A stretch of DNA of 63,855 bases, filler included, from Sanchytrium tribonematis (GCA_018985235.1; 16 parts of 16 records of this genome joined end to end with filler, not necessarily neighbours in it), one strand, 5' to 3'; positions 10,749-22,954 are shown, numbered from the whole stretch's first letter. Program-made: numbers and translations. Notes: generated from the sequence alone by a model not told the origin.

Positions 10749-11265
10749 ATGACCAATGCAATACCAAAAGCAGCACAAATACGACTACAAAAAGAATACA
10801 TGTCCATCTTAAGATTCCCAATAGACAATATATCAGTAAAGCCAGACGACCAAAATTTATTAATTTGGTATTTTGTGATTCAAGGACCCACAGATACACC
10901 TTATTTTGGAGGTGAATATTTCGGCACCATTATTTTTGAGAACAATTATCCATTCAGTCCTCCAAATTTCAAAATGTTTACTCCAAATGGAAGATTTGAT
11001 CCTGGCAAATTAATTTGTATGACAAATACGACATTTCATCGAGACATGTGGAACCCTCTGTGGACCATAGAATCAATGCTCATTGGATTAGTGTCTTATA
11101 TGACATCGTATATATGATTCATGTAGATCAGAAATAGGCGGAGTGGGCCTTGTATATACGACTGAATACCAAAAATTAGAATTAGCTAAAACTTCATGGA
11201 AGTGGAACAGAGAATTTGGGATGTTTATTGAGCATTATTCAGATCGACTGCTTATGGAACACTGA
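10749..11265 (+). CDS. UBC6: ubiquitin-conjugating enzyme E2, UBC6/UBE2J type; 2 exons (10749-11107, 11127-11265)
   Basis: RLQKEY, GPTDTPYFGGEY, YPFSPP, TPNGRF, ICMT and WNPLW. Splicing gives MTSSEIGGVG...QKLELAKTSWKWN, matching the UBC6 post-core segment. Confidence 0.85.
11108..11126 (+). other. 19-nt spliceosomal intron (UBC6)
   Basis: gtatatatgattcatgtag; removal restores the frame. Confidence 0.85.
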
Positions 11266-11342
11266 GTTATTATTAAACCTAATTATTTAAAATACTTTAT
11301 GACTTCAAGTAGCCCAATTTAGATTCGTAAAATTCTATTAAT

Positions 11343-12895
11343 TCATCGCATGGCATAAGCAATGATACCAGCAATCATACTGCCGTTACAGTAGCAGCAA
11401 TACCTCCAAAAATCTTCACAACTAATTTTGGAACTTTTTTTAATGTCCCATATTTTATATAAACGAACAATGCAGCACTGAAAGCTATAAAAAATACAAT
11501 AGAAGTGGCAAAAAGGTAAGCATACACAGGCGTACTTGGTGTTTGCGCATAGCCTAAAACGCAATTTGTGCCAAAACATTGATAACCATTGTTGCAGCAG
11601 CCATTCGCTCCACAGGTGATGGTGTTGTTTGGACAAGCTGTAGCACTAATGCAAGTGTTGTTACTACAAACAAAACCCACGCCACAGCAGCTATTTCCGC
11701 AACAGGTCGTTCCTGTTTTACAGCATTGTGAGGCGTAAGCATCGCCACAATCAAACGAGCCTGCGTTGCATTTTGAATATGGAACACAAAGACTGTTCTC
11801 GCACCCATACCCAAAATTGCAGCGATTTCCATTACAACAGGTTATGCCCGAAGAACAAGATGTACTTCCACAACAATTTGCTCCAGTGGGAATGCATTTA
11901 GAACTTTCCGTGCAATAAGTTTGACCAGCTAGGCACTGGTTTGAGGAAACAGGTGGCGTGGTTCCAGGATTCGTGGGCGCTGGAGTAGCAACGCTATATG
12001 GCGATGAATTTTCTACATCAATTTGATATACCTGTTCTGTAAGGAGTCACGATTCCAAGGCAGCCAGTTATCGGCCGTACACTTCTACCTCTTGCATTTG
12101 TGGTATGTAACAAATCGATAATTGTCTGGGTGTTTGCGATTCCGAATGAAGTCATGCCCAAGGTCCATGGCCCGGATGTGCAGCAATTGCAAAAGTGCCT
12201 GGCGTTGAATCATCTGCAGTAAACCTGGCGTTGTAATAACTCGTGACTTGTGCGTATCTCTGACCAGCAATGGAGTCATCGTGATCGTTGGGATTATAAG
12301 TCACACCGAATTTAGCGTGGAAATTAGTGGTAACAGTATAAATCAGCGTAGCCAGCATAAGTGTTCAAAATTCCTTGAGTTGTTCCATCAGCAACATCAA
12401 AATCATGTACTTTGGGTAATATTTAGAAACGGCTGTGGATGGTAAAAACTTGTTAATTTGAGTGTTTATCACTTCACTAAAATCAATAAGTTGTTGTTGG
12501 AAAGTTGCCTTTGCCAGTGTGCTCAATTGCGCCAAACTGCCAGAGTATCGTAGTCCAATAAGGTGCCCTGCCAAGACAAGCTGAGAAGCTATTCCATTAT
12601 TTGCATTGTCAATTGCAATTTGTTCTGGAATTCCTAAATAAAAGAACATGGAATTTGAGACATCACTACGTGTTGGTTCTTTAATGGTATTGGCCATTGC
12701 AAGTCCATCCATAGTCACTCCCTCGGTAAAAACAAAGGCAATTTGATTTCGTAAATTGGTTTGACATTGACTAATAATGCTCGAAGATGGTGGAATGGGT
12801 ACTGGTGCTCTTTTTGATTTTGATGATAAATCAGATTGCTGGTATATAAAGAGAATTACTAACGCAAATAACAAGCGAAAGTAGTTAACCGCCAT
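11343..12895 (-). pseudogene. NodB/polysaccharide-deacetylase-like domain + Cys-rich repeats + C-terminal TM, several frameshifts
   Basis: CQTNLRNQIAFVFTEG, GHLIGL, YPKYM and IIDLL...GCLG..PY segments, then CC-rich repeats and TM. Needs frameshifts near 12400-12330, 12155 and 11380, plus one 19-nt intron. Confidence 0.65.
12013..12031 (-). other. 19-nt spliceosomal intron (deacetylase-like gene)
   Basis: gtatatcaaattgatgtag; joins PYRT to ENSSPYSVATPAP... and keeps the frame through the Cys-rich repeats. Confidence 0.8.
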
Positions 12896-13761
12896 AAGTT
12901 TCAGGCTGTCAGCCAATCTGTGTAAGCAAATTGCATAAGTGGAAAAACATATTCAAATTCCGCACCACTTTCATTTTTAGTTCATGTTAATTACAAATTA
13001 CGTTTTCGTATCAAGTGGCAATAATGGCTGCGGCCAAGTTTGCCTTTTAGTCAAGTAACTGTATTTCCCCTTTGACTATTTTTGGCCTCATATCACAAGG
13101 CTATACTAAGCTCGAATTCAAAAAGAGATTGTTCCTGAAACCAAATTAAATTATTTATTATTCAGAAATATTTCAATAATTCCGCTTCATCTGCCTCGAG
13201 ATCTTTTTCTGCCCAAACATCTCAGAGTGAAAATCAAGGATGACAGAATATCATATAAGTCTTGCATCTTGAAAAGCAATACCATTTTAAAATCACCACT
13301 TCACAGCAAAGCAATTTCAATGTTGATGATAGTTTGTGATTGCGATCCTCGTCATCTTTTCAGACTTTAACAATTGCTCCGGTCTTCCTCTTGTTTTATT
13401 TAGTTAGTTCCCAAATGGCTTTCTATGACTTCTTCTTTAGCAGTTGCCTAATTGTGAAATTTCATGTTCTCTTTACGCTTAGTTTTCCAGTTACTCTTTT
13501 GATATCTTGAATTTTCGTCTTGTATCTTTGTATTTCCCTTTACATTTTCGATTGTAATTCTGGACTCTAACGGTGATCTTCTGACTCGCGACTATTGTGG
13601 AGGTCATCTGCTGATCGTGCCATTTCTCCTTTCAACAGCTAATTTCATTACGTATTATTATAGTGTCCCTCTGAATTACAAAATGAGTGATGGGTTCAAA
13701 TTTAGTTCAAATTAGTTCACTGCCAAATTGGTTGATCAAAGTACAGATCATAGTCATAACT

Positions 13762-14907
13762 TTATTGATTGAAAGATGTCACCCGCAAATTATCGTAAAT
13801 TTGATCTTCATATCCATTTTGAGATCCATTAGGTACATTTTGGTGATATCCGTCTTGGTGGACTGGGTTTACTGGATTACTAGGATTTGGTGTCGGTGCA
13901 TTTACAAAAGAGTCTCTGTTTGCTTCTACGTTTTGGTGTGGCGGAAAAGAATTCGGGTTGTGCCCGTATTGCTGATTTTCTACCATTGGCTGGGGATTTG
14001 AATAACCATCACTCGAACTTCCAATATAGGTTGGTTGACTATTATAGCTGTCTCTGTAATAATTATCAGCAGCAACTGAAGTATGCTGACTCGTGTAGGG
14101 GTTGTAATAAGCTGATTCTTGCGCGATGTTATTGCCTGGTTTTGACAATGTGGAGTAACTTGGCTGATTAATTAAGTTTTCAGAGCTACCTTGGTTCTTC
14201 TTCTTGTGTCTTTTAAATAAAAATCTCAAAATCAGAATACCAATTACTAAACTACCAATAATCAACAAAATAATAGCCCATACAGGAAAATCATCACCAG
14301 ATGCGCTACTACCTGGCCCACCTGCATTTAATTCCAATTGGTCGTAAGTTTTACCACACTGACTCTTAATATTATTTTTGGCATCGTCAACAATCGAAGA
14401 ACTTGGCATATTAGAACCATAGATGTCTGGTTTAGATTTCAAATAGTCATAATTTTCAATCATTTTCTGCATAGATACACGCGTACAAGCATCGCAAGCA
14501 ATCGGTCCGCTGCCTTGAGTCAAAACAGATGGATCGGCACTTTTACTTTCCAATAGCTTTAATCTTTCATTTAAACAGATTTTTGAACTATCAGTGGGAT
14601 GTGTCACACAGCCTGATTCAAAATATCTCAAAATTAAGGCTCCGTCTAGTCCTCCATTTGTCATGCAACTAGAAAATGCCTTAATTGCATTTCTACAAGA
14701 ATCTTTACAATAATTTTGGACTTCTGATTCTTGCACGCTGAATGTGCCAGCATTTTCATGCGTAGCCGTGCAACTTAACATGGCTGATTCATATTCAGAG
14801 GACAATATGCAACTAATATTTGCATACTTCACAGGAGGATTGAACATCAAGTACCCAGGAGATGTTGGTAATGACAAAAATGTATACGACCACGTAGAAA
14901 TCGTCAT
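13762..14907 (-). CDS. single-pass membrane protein with Cys-rich ectodomain and N/P/Q/Y-rich tail
   Basis: 381 aa; paired Cys pattern, TM VWAIILLIIGSLVIGILIL followed by basic stop-transfer residues. Confidence 0.7.
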   Translation of the reverse strand: MTISTWSYTFLSLPTSPGYLMFNPPVKYANISCILSSEYESAMLSCTATHENAGTFSVQESEVQNYCKDSCRNAIKAFSSCMTNGGLDGALILRYFESGCVTHPTDSSKICLNERLKLLESKSADPSVLTQGSGPIACDACTRVSMQKMIENYDYLKSKPDIYGSNMPSSSIVDDAKNNIKSQCGKTYDQLELNAGGPGSSASGDDFPVWAIILLIIGSLVIGILILRFLFKRHKKKNQGSSENLINQPSYSTLSKPGNNIAQESAYYNPYTSQHTSVAADNYYRDSYNSQPTYIGSSSDGYSNPQPMVENQQYGHNPNSFPPHQNVEANRDSFVNAPTPNPSNPVNPVHQDGYHQNVPNGSQNGYEDQIYDNLRVTSFNQ

Positions 14908-15153
14908 GGAGTCTTAAGGGGTTAGGTCTGGTGTTAAATATTCCCCTTAGGTGAAAATGGTGTTTCGAGGTTCTACAAGCTTTATTTTTAGAGGATGCTT
15001 TGAGGAAATTTGTCAAAGACTTTTGAAATCATTAAATTGTAGAAATGCGGGTCTTAGTAATCCAAAAAAGACATTGGATTTTTTGGGAGTAATTTATATG
15101 TGGCGAATGACGCCATATTTCGCCAGACTTTGGGTCAAACAATAGGAATCCGG

Positions 15154-15849
15154 ATGGATCTCGCAGCGATTTTAAATCCTGTTAACGGCAGTGGCACCAA
15201 TGCTGGTCAACAAAATCCCAAAGCTACAGAATCAACTGTTCTCATTGAAAGTGAAGAAAATGTGCCATGGTTTTTAAAACCATTAAAATTTGACAGCATT
15301 TACAACCATAGGCAAAAAAACGAAAGATCGAGCTACATTAGCCTTTATAGGAAAGCTAAGGGAATAGAGGTTGCTACGGAACAACAAGAATATTCTCCAA
15401 ATACCGACGAAAATATACATTCATCTCCTATAATGAATCTGACTAGTGTAGTAGAATCACAAAAAATGGAAGCTCAAGAATTGAAAAGCTATCGGAGAAA
15501 ATTTAAGGAAACAAAAAGGAAAAATCAAAAATTAAGGTGTGACAATTGTGAACTCAATTTTAGCACACCAAGTGGTCTCTACAGACATAAAAAGTCAGTG
15601 CATTCCAAGGGCGAAGGCTGTCCTTTTTGCCTCAAAGAAATAAAAATGACAGGCAGACCAGACAACAATAGAAAGCATCTAATGAAGTGCCCAGTCTTTA
15701 TTCAAGAAACTCAGAGATTGGATATAAAAGACAAAGACCAGGTTCTTCGTGACCATGTCAAATTAATGACTAGAGGCTTGTCTGAGAAAATACCACAGTA
15801 TGATATGCATTGGATGGGATCAGCTGGATCGCATAAAAAGGAAATGTAA
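15154..15849 (+). CDS. C2H2 zinc-finger protein
   Basis: CDNC...RHKKSVH and CPFC...RKHLMKC; N-terminal MDLAAILN. Confidence 0.75.
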   Translation: MDLAAILNPVNGSGTNAGQQNPKATESTVLIESEENVPWFLKPLKFDSIYNHRQKNERSSYISLYRKAKGIEVATEQQEYSPNTDENIHSSPIMNLTSVVESQKMEAQELKSYRRKFKETKRKNQKLRCDNCELNFSTPSGLYRHKKSVHSKGEGCPFCLKEIKMTGRPDNNRKHLMKCPVFIQETQRLDIKDKDQVLRDHVKLMTRGLSEKIPQYDMHWMGSAGSHKKEM

Positions 15850-16017
15850 AGAAAATAAACAAGTTCCAATTATTTATCAAGATACAAGCTTTTGATTCGA
15901 ACACAATATTTAGATAACTGGTATAGTAGTTGAAAATAAATATGGATGCATTTTCAGGTTTCGAATGAGAATCAAACAAGAGCAATGAATTTTACAATTT
16001 TTCTAAACACTCCCACC

Positions 16018-17661
16018 ATGCTGTATGTGAAATGTTCTGATTGTACAAATTGGGTATTAATGCACCCATCATTGAGCAGTGTCATATATGAATTTCACTG
16101 CTGCCATTGCTGCGATACCGAAAATCCAATGGAAATGGATATTTCCGATGATGATTTACTATTTTACTCCATTTTCAATATTGAATATGACGAGGGACTA
16201 CTATACTCCACTGAACCCTATCATCTCATAGATGATAATTCAAACATCGTAAGTATTCCAGATAGCGACAAAGGTTGGTTATACGGTATTTGTCAATTAA
16301 ATCCACTTCCTTTCCACGGAGTCTCTATTTCTTGGCAGCAAGTAGAGTTGTCCGTACATATCAAACCATTGTCGCTAAAAAATGGTACTTGTATGGGAGT
16401 CATAGATGACGAGACATTTGATTGTACATACAATGATTTTTTACAATATTCTCAAGAAAATGGTTTGTGTTATTTTCAAGCATTCACACACATTGATCCG
16501 CCGCAACTCACAAACAAGGAACTTAATTTACAAGTGCAATTGAATTCCTTGCATAGCTATAAAAATACTCATTATATTTACGCACCAAAAGGAACTTGGA
16601 AGGATTTTGATTCTAAATACAACCACTTATTGATCATTCAATCCGGGACACTCGTCGTAGTCAAGGATACCAACGAGGGATTTATGACATATCACATGCA
16701 ACAAAATCAATGCATTTTTATCCCTTCTGGTTACAGATATTGTTATTTAAGCACTACAGATTCTGTATTTCTAAATTACTATTTTATTCATTTTGAATAT
16801 CCCAAAAATTACCAATTAGAGGGACATTTGTATTTTGATCAATATGAAAAAGTTTTATGGCAAATTTTATTTAATGTATCGACGTATAAATCTCATTATC
16901 CTGAATGGCATATGGAAGGTGTCAAATTTGCTATTGAATATAAATGGAAGCAGCTTTACACAGATTACAAGATCATGAAAGATAATTTGTACAGAAAACC
17001 AATTAAAATTCAAAAAATTGTCAGGCCTTGTGCATTTCTACGAGATTTGGCAGCAGCATTTAATTTTGAGTGTGATTATACAGATCTGGTTGATGAGATG
17101 GATGAGATTCTGTTTAAGAAAAAGGGTGGAAATGTCATTGCAAAGAAAATTGAATATGTTGATGCGTTTGAGGAAGAATTGGAAATGGAAAGGAATCAAG
17201 ATGTAGAATCAGATGCAGAATCTGAAAATGAAGTGGATGAGGATGCACTGGACGAGCAAGCAAGTGAATATGACGAGATTCATCAAAAATCTGCAATGAT
17301 CCATTCAACAGATGACGATGAAGAATATTTTGAAGTCGACCAAAATGAAATAGAGGAGATCAAAGTAGAAAAGAAAGATAGATTTGCTGATGATGATGAA
17401 TTTATTCCCCATAAAAGCACAACTAGGAAATCTACCAAGACAAAGTCAACTACAAAAAAATCAGGAGGGCGACAAAAGAAGCCTTTAATTAATATCGACA
17501 AATTGAAAGAAATCAATAGTAGACAAGTGCGCCTGAATAATAAACCTGTCATACCCATGAAGATAGATAGTTCGATTTTGAAGAAACCCAGGATGAAAAG
17601 ACAAAGTAATGAAATATTGAAAAGTATTAATAAGAAATTTAAAAAGCTAAAACAATATTAA
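16018..17661 (+). CDS. degenerate PHD-like + JmjC (JHD1/KDM2-7-like) protein, probably catalytically inactive
   Basis: N-terminal CxxC..W..H..C..C; JmjC-like APKGTWKDFD and FIPSGYRYCYLSTTDS; acidic and basic low-complexity tail. Confidence 0.55.
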   Translation: MLYVKCSDCTNWVLMHPSLSSVIYEFHCCHCCDTENPMEMDISDDDLLFYSIFNIEYDEGLLYSTEPYHLIDDNSNIVSIPDSDKGWLYGICQLNPLPFHGVSISWQQVELSVHIKPLSLKNGTCMGVIDDETFDCTYNDFLQYSQENGLCYFQAFTHIDPPQLTNKELNLQVQLNSLHSYKNTHYIYAPKGTWKDFDSKYNHLLIIQSGTLVVVKDTNEGFMTYHMQQNQCIFIPSGYRYCYLSTTDSVFLNYYFIHFEYPKNYQLEGHLYFDQYEKVLWQILFNVSTYKSHYPEWHMEGVKFAIEYKWKQLYTDYKIMKDNLYRKPIKIQKIVRPCAFLRDLAAAFNFECDYTDLVDEMDEILFKKKGGNVIAKKIEYVDAFEEELEMERNQDVESDAESENEVDEDALDEQASEYDEIHQKSAMIHSTDDDEEYFEVDQNEIEEIKVEKKDRFADDDEFIPHKSTTRKSTKTKSTTKKSGGRQKKPLINIDKLKEINSRQVRLNNKPVIPMKIDSSILKKPRMKRQSNEILKSINKKFKKLKQY

Positions 17662-18025
17662 AGTGTTGTATTTATTGATCAGATAGCTTGCTGATTGAGA
17701 GATTTTATACATTAAATTAAAAACAATCATTTTGCGCAATAGAAAAACACAGATGCCGCGAGTTTCCATTAATTTTGTGTTGATTTGGTGAAAAAGAATA
17801 ATTTATATGATATTATAACAGTAAAATTTTGTTCAGATTACGCGCATGGATTGAAATCGACATAATTATTTTGCCAAAATTATATATTGATATTGACAAT
17901 GGTAAAACATCTAGCGGGATTTACTAACTCGAAAAAATTGAATAATTGAATTATCTATACATTACCTCAATGTAAATTGTTTGCAAAATTAAATTTGTAA
18001 ATTTGAACGGAGTAGTGTGGAAAAT

Positions 18026-19558
18026 ATGGATTTTCAAAAAGTATTTGCATTCTCTAATGATTTAAGTGCTTTCCTTAATGGCCAATTAAAATCTACAGAT
18101 ATTCCCACTGTGTTAGCATTTAAGTTATTTGACATCAATATTCTGTTTCCAACGCTACTTAAAGACCAAATCAAATTACAACCCAGTAGCAAACAAAATG
18201 TATTTACCGCTACTTATTTCAATTTACATAACGTTGAATGTCACTTTGATTGTTTGCTGAAAGTTGAGGCCGCATTTTTGAGAGATAAAGATCGAATTAA
18301 AGCATTAATTGCCCTTTGCAGTGACTTCCAAACGGTGAAGCAACTTATTGAAAATGTGAACAGTTTCAATATTTGGCTGCTCATTTGCAAAATATTTGCT
18401 GAAGAAATCTCCAGTGATTTCAATGCAATTTCTTTATTTCCAAAATGCATGCCAATGTCTAATGTGAAAATATAGATGAAAATTGACCATTGGGTATTAA
18501 TTCATGAATCTAATTCAGAATTGTTTCTTCAATTTGAGAATTTTAAATCTTATAATAATCTAGAGAGTGTCATTTTAATTAGAAATAGAAACAAACACGC
18601 AGTAATTGATATTGTGAAACCTGAATATTTGACTCATTTAATTTCCTTTTTAAAAAAAGAAGAATCAAAATTTGAAATTTGTAAAAGAGTCAGTGAAATT
18701 GCAATTGGGGAACTCTTTGATTCGAAACCCTCATACGCGATAAATTGCTTGACTTTCAACGAATTTATTAATAATTCCCAAATACTTCCAAGTGTTCTTG
18801 TGCTTAATATACACCAGTTTCTTAGCAAACTAAATTGGCATACTTTGGAAAAACTCACTTGTGATTCTATCCACGCTAATGAGAGAGATCATTTATTTAA
18901 ATTTTCTAATAGCAAATTTTCAGATCTGATGAAGGTATCCTATGTATCCGAATGGATAGCTGAATTTGCTTTAATCAGAATTGAACATGATTTACACTCC
19001 AAATTAGCTGATATTGATTATATATTCTTTCGCTACAAATTTGGGGTTTTAAGACTAGTAACCACTTTTAATCAAGTCATCTTCAACTACAAATTAGTCC
19101 AATGCATTGCCAAAAGGAGACAATATATACAATTCGCAGATCTTTGTTTATGGAAATGTCTTAATTTGAATGAAGTTTACGATATTGTCAATTTTATTAA
19201 AGTAGAAATGGCTGAGGATCCTTTAGAGCTATTAGCTATTCAATATTTAATTAATGTATTCAAAAAACAGCCTATAGATTTAAATTTGGCTTGTATAATG
19301 CAATATGATTTTTTGCAACCACATCTATTGAATGAAACTCCTGATGTGTTGACCAACAAAGCTACAGGTCGAATAGCCATAAATGGATTACTTGGCAGCT
19401 TAGACTGGACTATTTGCAGCGTGCAATTGTGTTGGTATTTGCATTTAATTACTATACATGATTTGGAACTAATGAATGATTGTGAGATTGAACATCTTGT
19501 AGATCAAAATGCGATTATTGCTCTATTTTATGCAAGATTTATAGAAAGGAATGTCTAA
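18026..19558 (+). CDS. hypothetical helical protein; two in-frame ORFs separated by one TAG at 18473-18475
   Basis: ORFs 18017-18475 and 18476-19558 abut in the same frame. Gene structure unresolved. Confidence 0.45.
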
Positions 19559-19787
19559 TCTGTCATGCAAAGTAGATCATTGAGCTAAGAACATGAGTCA
19601 TTTTATAATTTATTGGCGAACCTTTTGGACTAGGGCTGAATATTAAGGTAATATTTGGTAAATCTGAATTTTAATATTTGCTTAAATATTTTATGGCGTA
19701 TTACTCAGATACATGCACACATAGTTCTACATTGACCCTTACAAATACACTAAAACTAATGTGGCTTGTTTCAGATATTTTGACGCG

Positions 19788-20652
19788 ATGCTTTTTTCGA
19801 AATTGATTTTTGGATTAATTAGTGCGGATTGCGCGAATACAATACAGCTCGCGTATAATATGAACATGCCACAAGTAGATCCAGCTCACTGGGCAAAATT
19901 AAATGCAGATTGCTGTAACGACCCAGGGAGTACCGGATGTGACGCGAATGGCCGAGTCACGGTCATTATTTGGGGAGGAGGATTAAATGGTTTTATAAAT
20001 TTTACGGCATTTCTTAATTTGCCTAGTCTCTCTTTTTTCAAAATAGAATATCAAAGCTTGTCAGCCACGATTCCCAACAAGCTTCAAGAGTCGCTTACAT
20101 ATTTCAGTGTTTATGCCAACCTTGGTGGTACAATTAATTTAAATGCAAGCAGCTTTAGGCCTCCTAATAACCTGCAATATTTTGATATAGGCTATGTGAA
20201 TGTTTTTGGCGAATTTGCTAAAAATGCGTTCCCCAAGAGTCTCATTGCAACAAATTTTATATTTTGTGGTGGACTTCATGGCAGCCTCTATTTTTATTCC
20301 CCGCAATCTACCACGCTCTACTACTCGGGCGTTAAGAAATTGTTTGTATTTAATCCTAGTCAATTAAGTGCAAATTTAGATAATTCAGTTCTATCAGCTT
20401 CTCAAATTGCCTATCTTCCTCCATCTTGCAGCAGAAATGGAATAATGCAAGACACAGACTGCCAATATGTCAAGACATTTGCACAGAATTTGAATATGAA
20501 TGCTTCCAATCCATTACTTTTCAAGCAGGTCTCCTCCAATTGCTGCAATGCTGCTGGTGTTAAATGCGAGAATATCACAAATGCTGTATTGGGAATAAAC
20601 TGGAGTGGATTGAAACTGAATGGAACTGTGGATATTTCATCGTTGGAATATC
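19788..20652 (+). CDS. LRR receptor-like protein paralog C (3' truncated by contig end)
   Basis: Signal peptide, cap+LRR module, start of second cap; clearly paralogous to A and B. Confidence 0.85.
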
Positions 20653-20752
20653 NNNNNNNNNNNNNNNNNNNNNNNNNNNNNNNNNNNNNNNNNNNNTTAA
20701 TTAATTAANNNNNNNNNNNNNNNNNNNNNNNNNNNNNNNNNNNNNNNNNNNN
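20653..20752. other. artificial contig linker N44-TTAATTAATTAA-N44 (first of 15)
   Basis: Identical 100-nt spacers with stops in all six frames start at 20653, 23552, 26446, 29339, 32230, 35118, 38003, 40884, 43765, 46641, 49516, 52390, 55263, 58131 and 60994. Intervening contigs are about 2.8 kb in decreasing size. Confidence 0.98.
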
Positions 20753-22954
20753 GTCGTGGTATTTAATATAATTGTTTGTGATGTTTGTACAAAAAATCGA
20801 CGTGTAATGACTAAATATACATGTATTACCTGTTTTTGATTCACTATTTGTCATACTAGTGCCAATCTCAAGTGGCTGTCGCACTGGATTCAAGTAGAAT
20901 TTGTTACACATGGTTAAATTTCCTGCTCCAAAATCATTTAAAAGCGCATTAAATGATAAATCACACTTTGAGAGTGTCAAATCACTTGATTTATTGATAG
21001 ACACTCTTGAGATTTGATTGTATGGTACTAAAACGGTAGTCGGCTTGAACAAATTCAAAGATCCAGTTAAAAATATAGTTTCAAATGACCAATCTTGTCG
21101 CAAAAGAGATAAAACTGTCAATGTAGGTGGAAATATAGGCAAATCACCACTTAAATAGCAGTTATCTATTGTGATTTGAGTCATATTCACTGGAATATCT
21201 GGAAATTTGCCATATATATTATGGCTCGAATCAATTTTCAATGTTTTAAAAGAAGGAGGTAATCCCATTGAGCCAAAAGTTCCATTGAAATTGTATCTCA
21301 CTGGTCTATAGTTAATATATGGAAATGAAATATCAATGACGTGTCCAGATTGACAAGTAGCAAATCCAGAATTGCAACAATTTTTGCTAATTTTTTCAAA
21401 CAACTCCGGTGCAATCACATTTACATTCATGGCTTTTGCGAAATCAATCACATAATCACAATCAGATGGTGTATTGGATGGCAATTGGATTAATTGGGCA
21501 GAAGTACATCCATTAATATTTACCAATGATGTTGCATCGAAATAATTCATTGATAAATCACAACTAGGGATGTTGATGATGCTAGCCTCTCTTACAATAG
21601 ACGTGAAGTAATTGTTACTCACTAGTAAACCCTCCAAATTTAAGCCTGTAATATTTAAAGACCCTTCAAATAAATTATTCCCCATTTCAACACGAATCAA
21701 ATTTGGATATTTTGACAAATCAACAGTCCCATTGAATCTATTATAGTCAATGTATAATTCAATCAGAGTAACCGGAATGTCAAATAATGAACCAGCAATG
21801 TTATTTTGATAAAAATACAAATATTTCAAATTAGTCGTGTTAAAACGACCCTCTATCTTGCTTATCAGGTTGTTGAATATCTCAAAATTCGTAGTTTCTG
21901 ATGGAATCAATGAAATATCCAACGTACCGTATACATTGAGATTGACCAAACTCATTTCTGGTGACTCTGCCATTTTTGCATTTAAAATATGGGAAACACA
22001 GCAATTCGTTTTTAATAAATTGTATCTATCTGGAGAAGTACTTGACATGTGTAATTTATCAACCATTTGAATCACATTTGCACAATCTTGAGGTGCTTTT
22101 TCAATAAATCCTGCTTGTGCGCTACAGACACTGGTCAAATTAGCACTCGCTGATGTATCCAATTGCGGATTTGCAAAAATATAGCACTGAGTAGGTAGAC
22201 ACGCATACAACTGAGTAAAATTGTTGAAACCTATATAAATGGAGTTCATTGGATATTTCAAAGTCAAAATACCTTCAAAACTGTTTCTATTCAATTCAAT
22301 AGACTTTACACTAGGTGGTAATTCTGGAAATATACTTGAGAAATGACAATCAATAATTATAACAGAAGTCAAACTGAGTGGCCAATCAGATAATTTCGTG
22401 TTTTGACCATTAAAAATGACATTTTTCAAGAACAAGGTGCGTAGATTCATTGGTAATATGAGTGTATTCAGTAGCTGGGATGATTCAATAGATAAATCTG
22501 TCAACGAATCTGGCCAAATCATGTCTTGAATGAATTTTGTATTCCCCAAATACACATAATTCAATCTTTGAGGCATTTGAGTCACATCTAATGTGATATA
22601 AGATGTTTTCAAATCCAAATATGTCATGTTAAATGGCAATTCATTAATCTTTCCCCCATAAAACTCACTTGTCTCTAAAATTTGAAGATTTGATGGTAGT
22701 TCAAAGATGGTCGTATCTGGCTCTTTAATGGATTGATAACCAGCGCTCTGCATTGTAAATCCATTTACACTGGTCCATCGTATCTCTATAACGCGTTCAT
22801 TCAAACAAATAACTCCAGAAGATAAACAACAATCTGATTCTATTTTTGAGTAAAGGGTGGGATATTTTTGTTTAAAGTGTAATTGATCTGCTAGTTTAAT
22901 GACTACTGCGCAGTCTATTGAAATGGACACGACAAGAAGCAACGCGTATAACAT
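20753..22954 (-). CDS. LRR receptor-like protein with three cap+LRR modules (3' partial)
   Basis: Signal peptide; three DC..(V/I)I...(D/N)CC caps each followed by LP..L..L LRRs and a C.(L/I)..N cap; 19-nt intron in the stalk. Confidence 0.85.
20811..20829 (-). other. probable 19-nt intron (LRR stalk)
   Basis: gtaatacatgtatatttag; spliced product reads ESKT-VITRR, similar to the spliced junction of the paralog at 59484-59502. Confidence 0.6.

Noticed and set aside
13100..13650. Purine-rich minus-strand stretch resembling decayed coding sequence
   Set aside because: Stops in all frames and no recognisable motif, so nothing can be assigned.
18457..18475. 19-nt GT-AG candidate (gtctaatgtgaaaatatag) covering the TAG between two in-frame ORFs
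   Set aside because: It fits the length and the -6 A, but removal shifts the frame into an immediate TGA. It would need an extra indel, so it is left unresolved and not counted.
18473..18475. Stop-codon reassignment (TAG/TAA = Gln, as in some aphelids)
   Set aside because: Conserved genes (MND1, VPS23, NDUFB7, ALDH6) end at TAA at the expected positions, long ORFs are open in the standard code, and most other interruptions are explained by introns or frameshifts.
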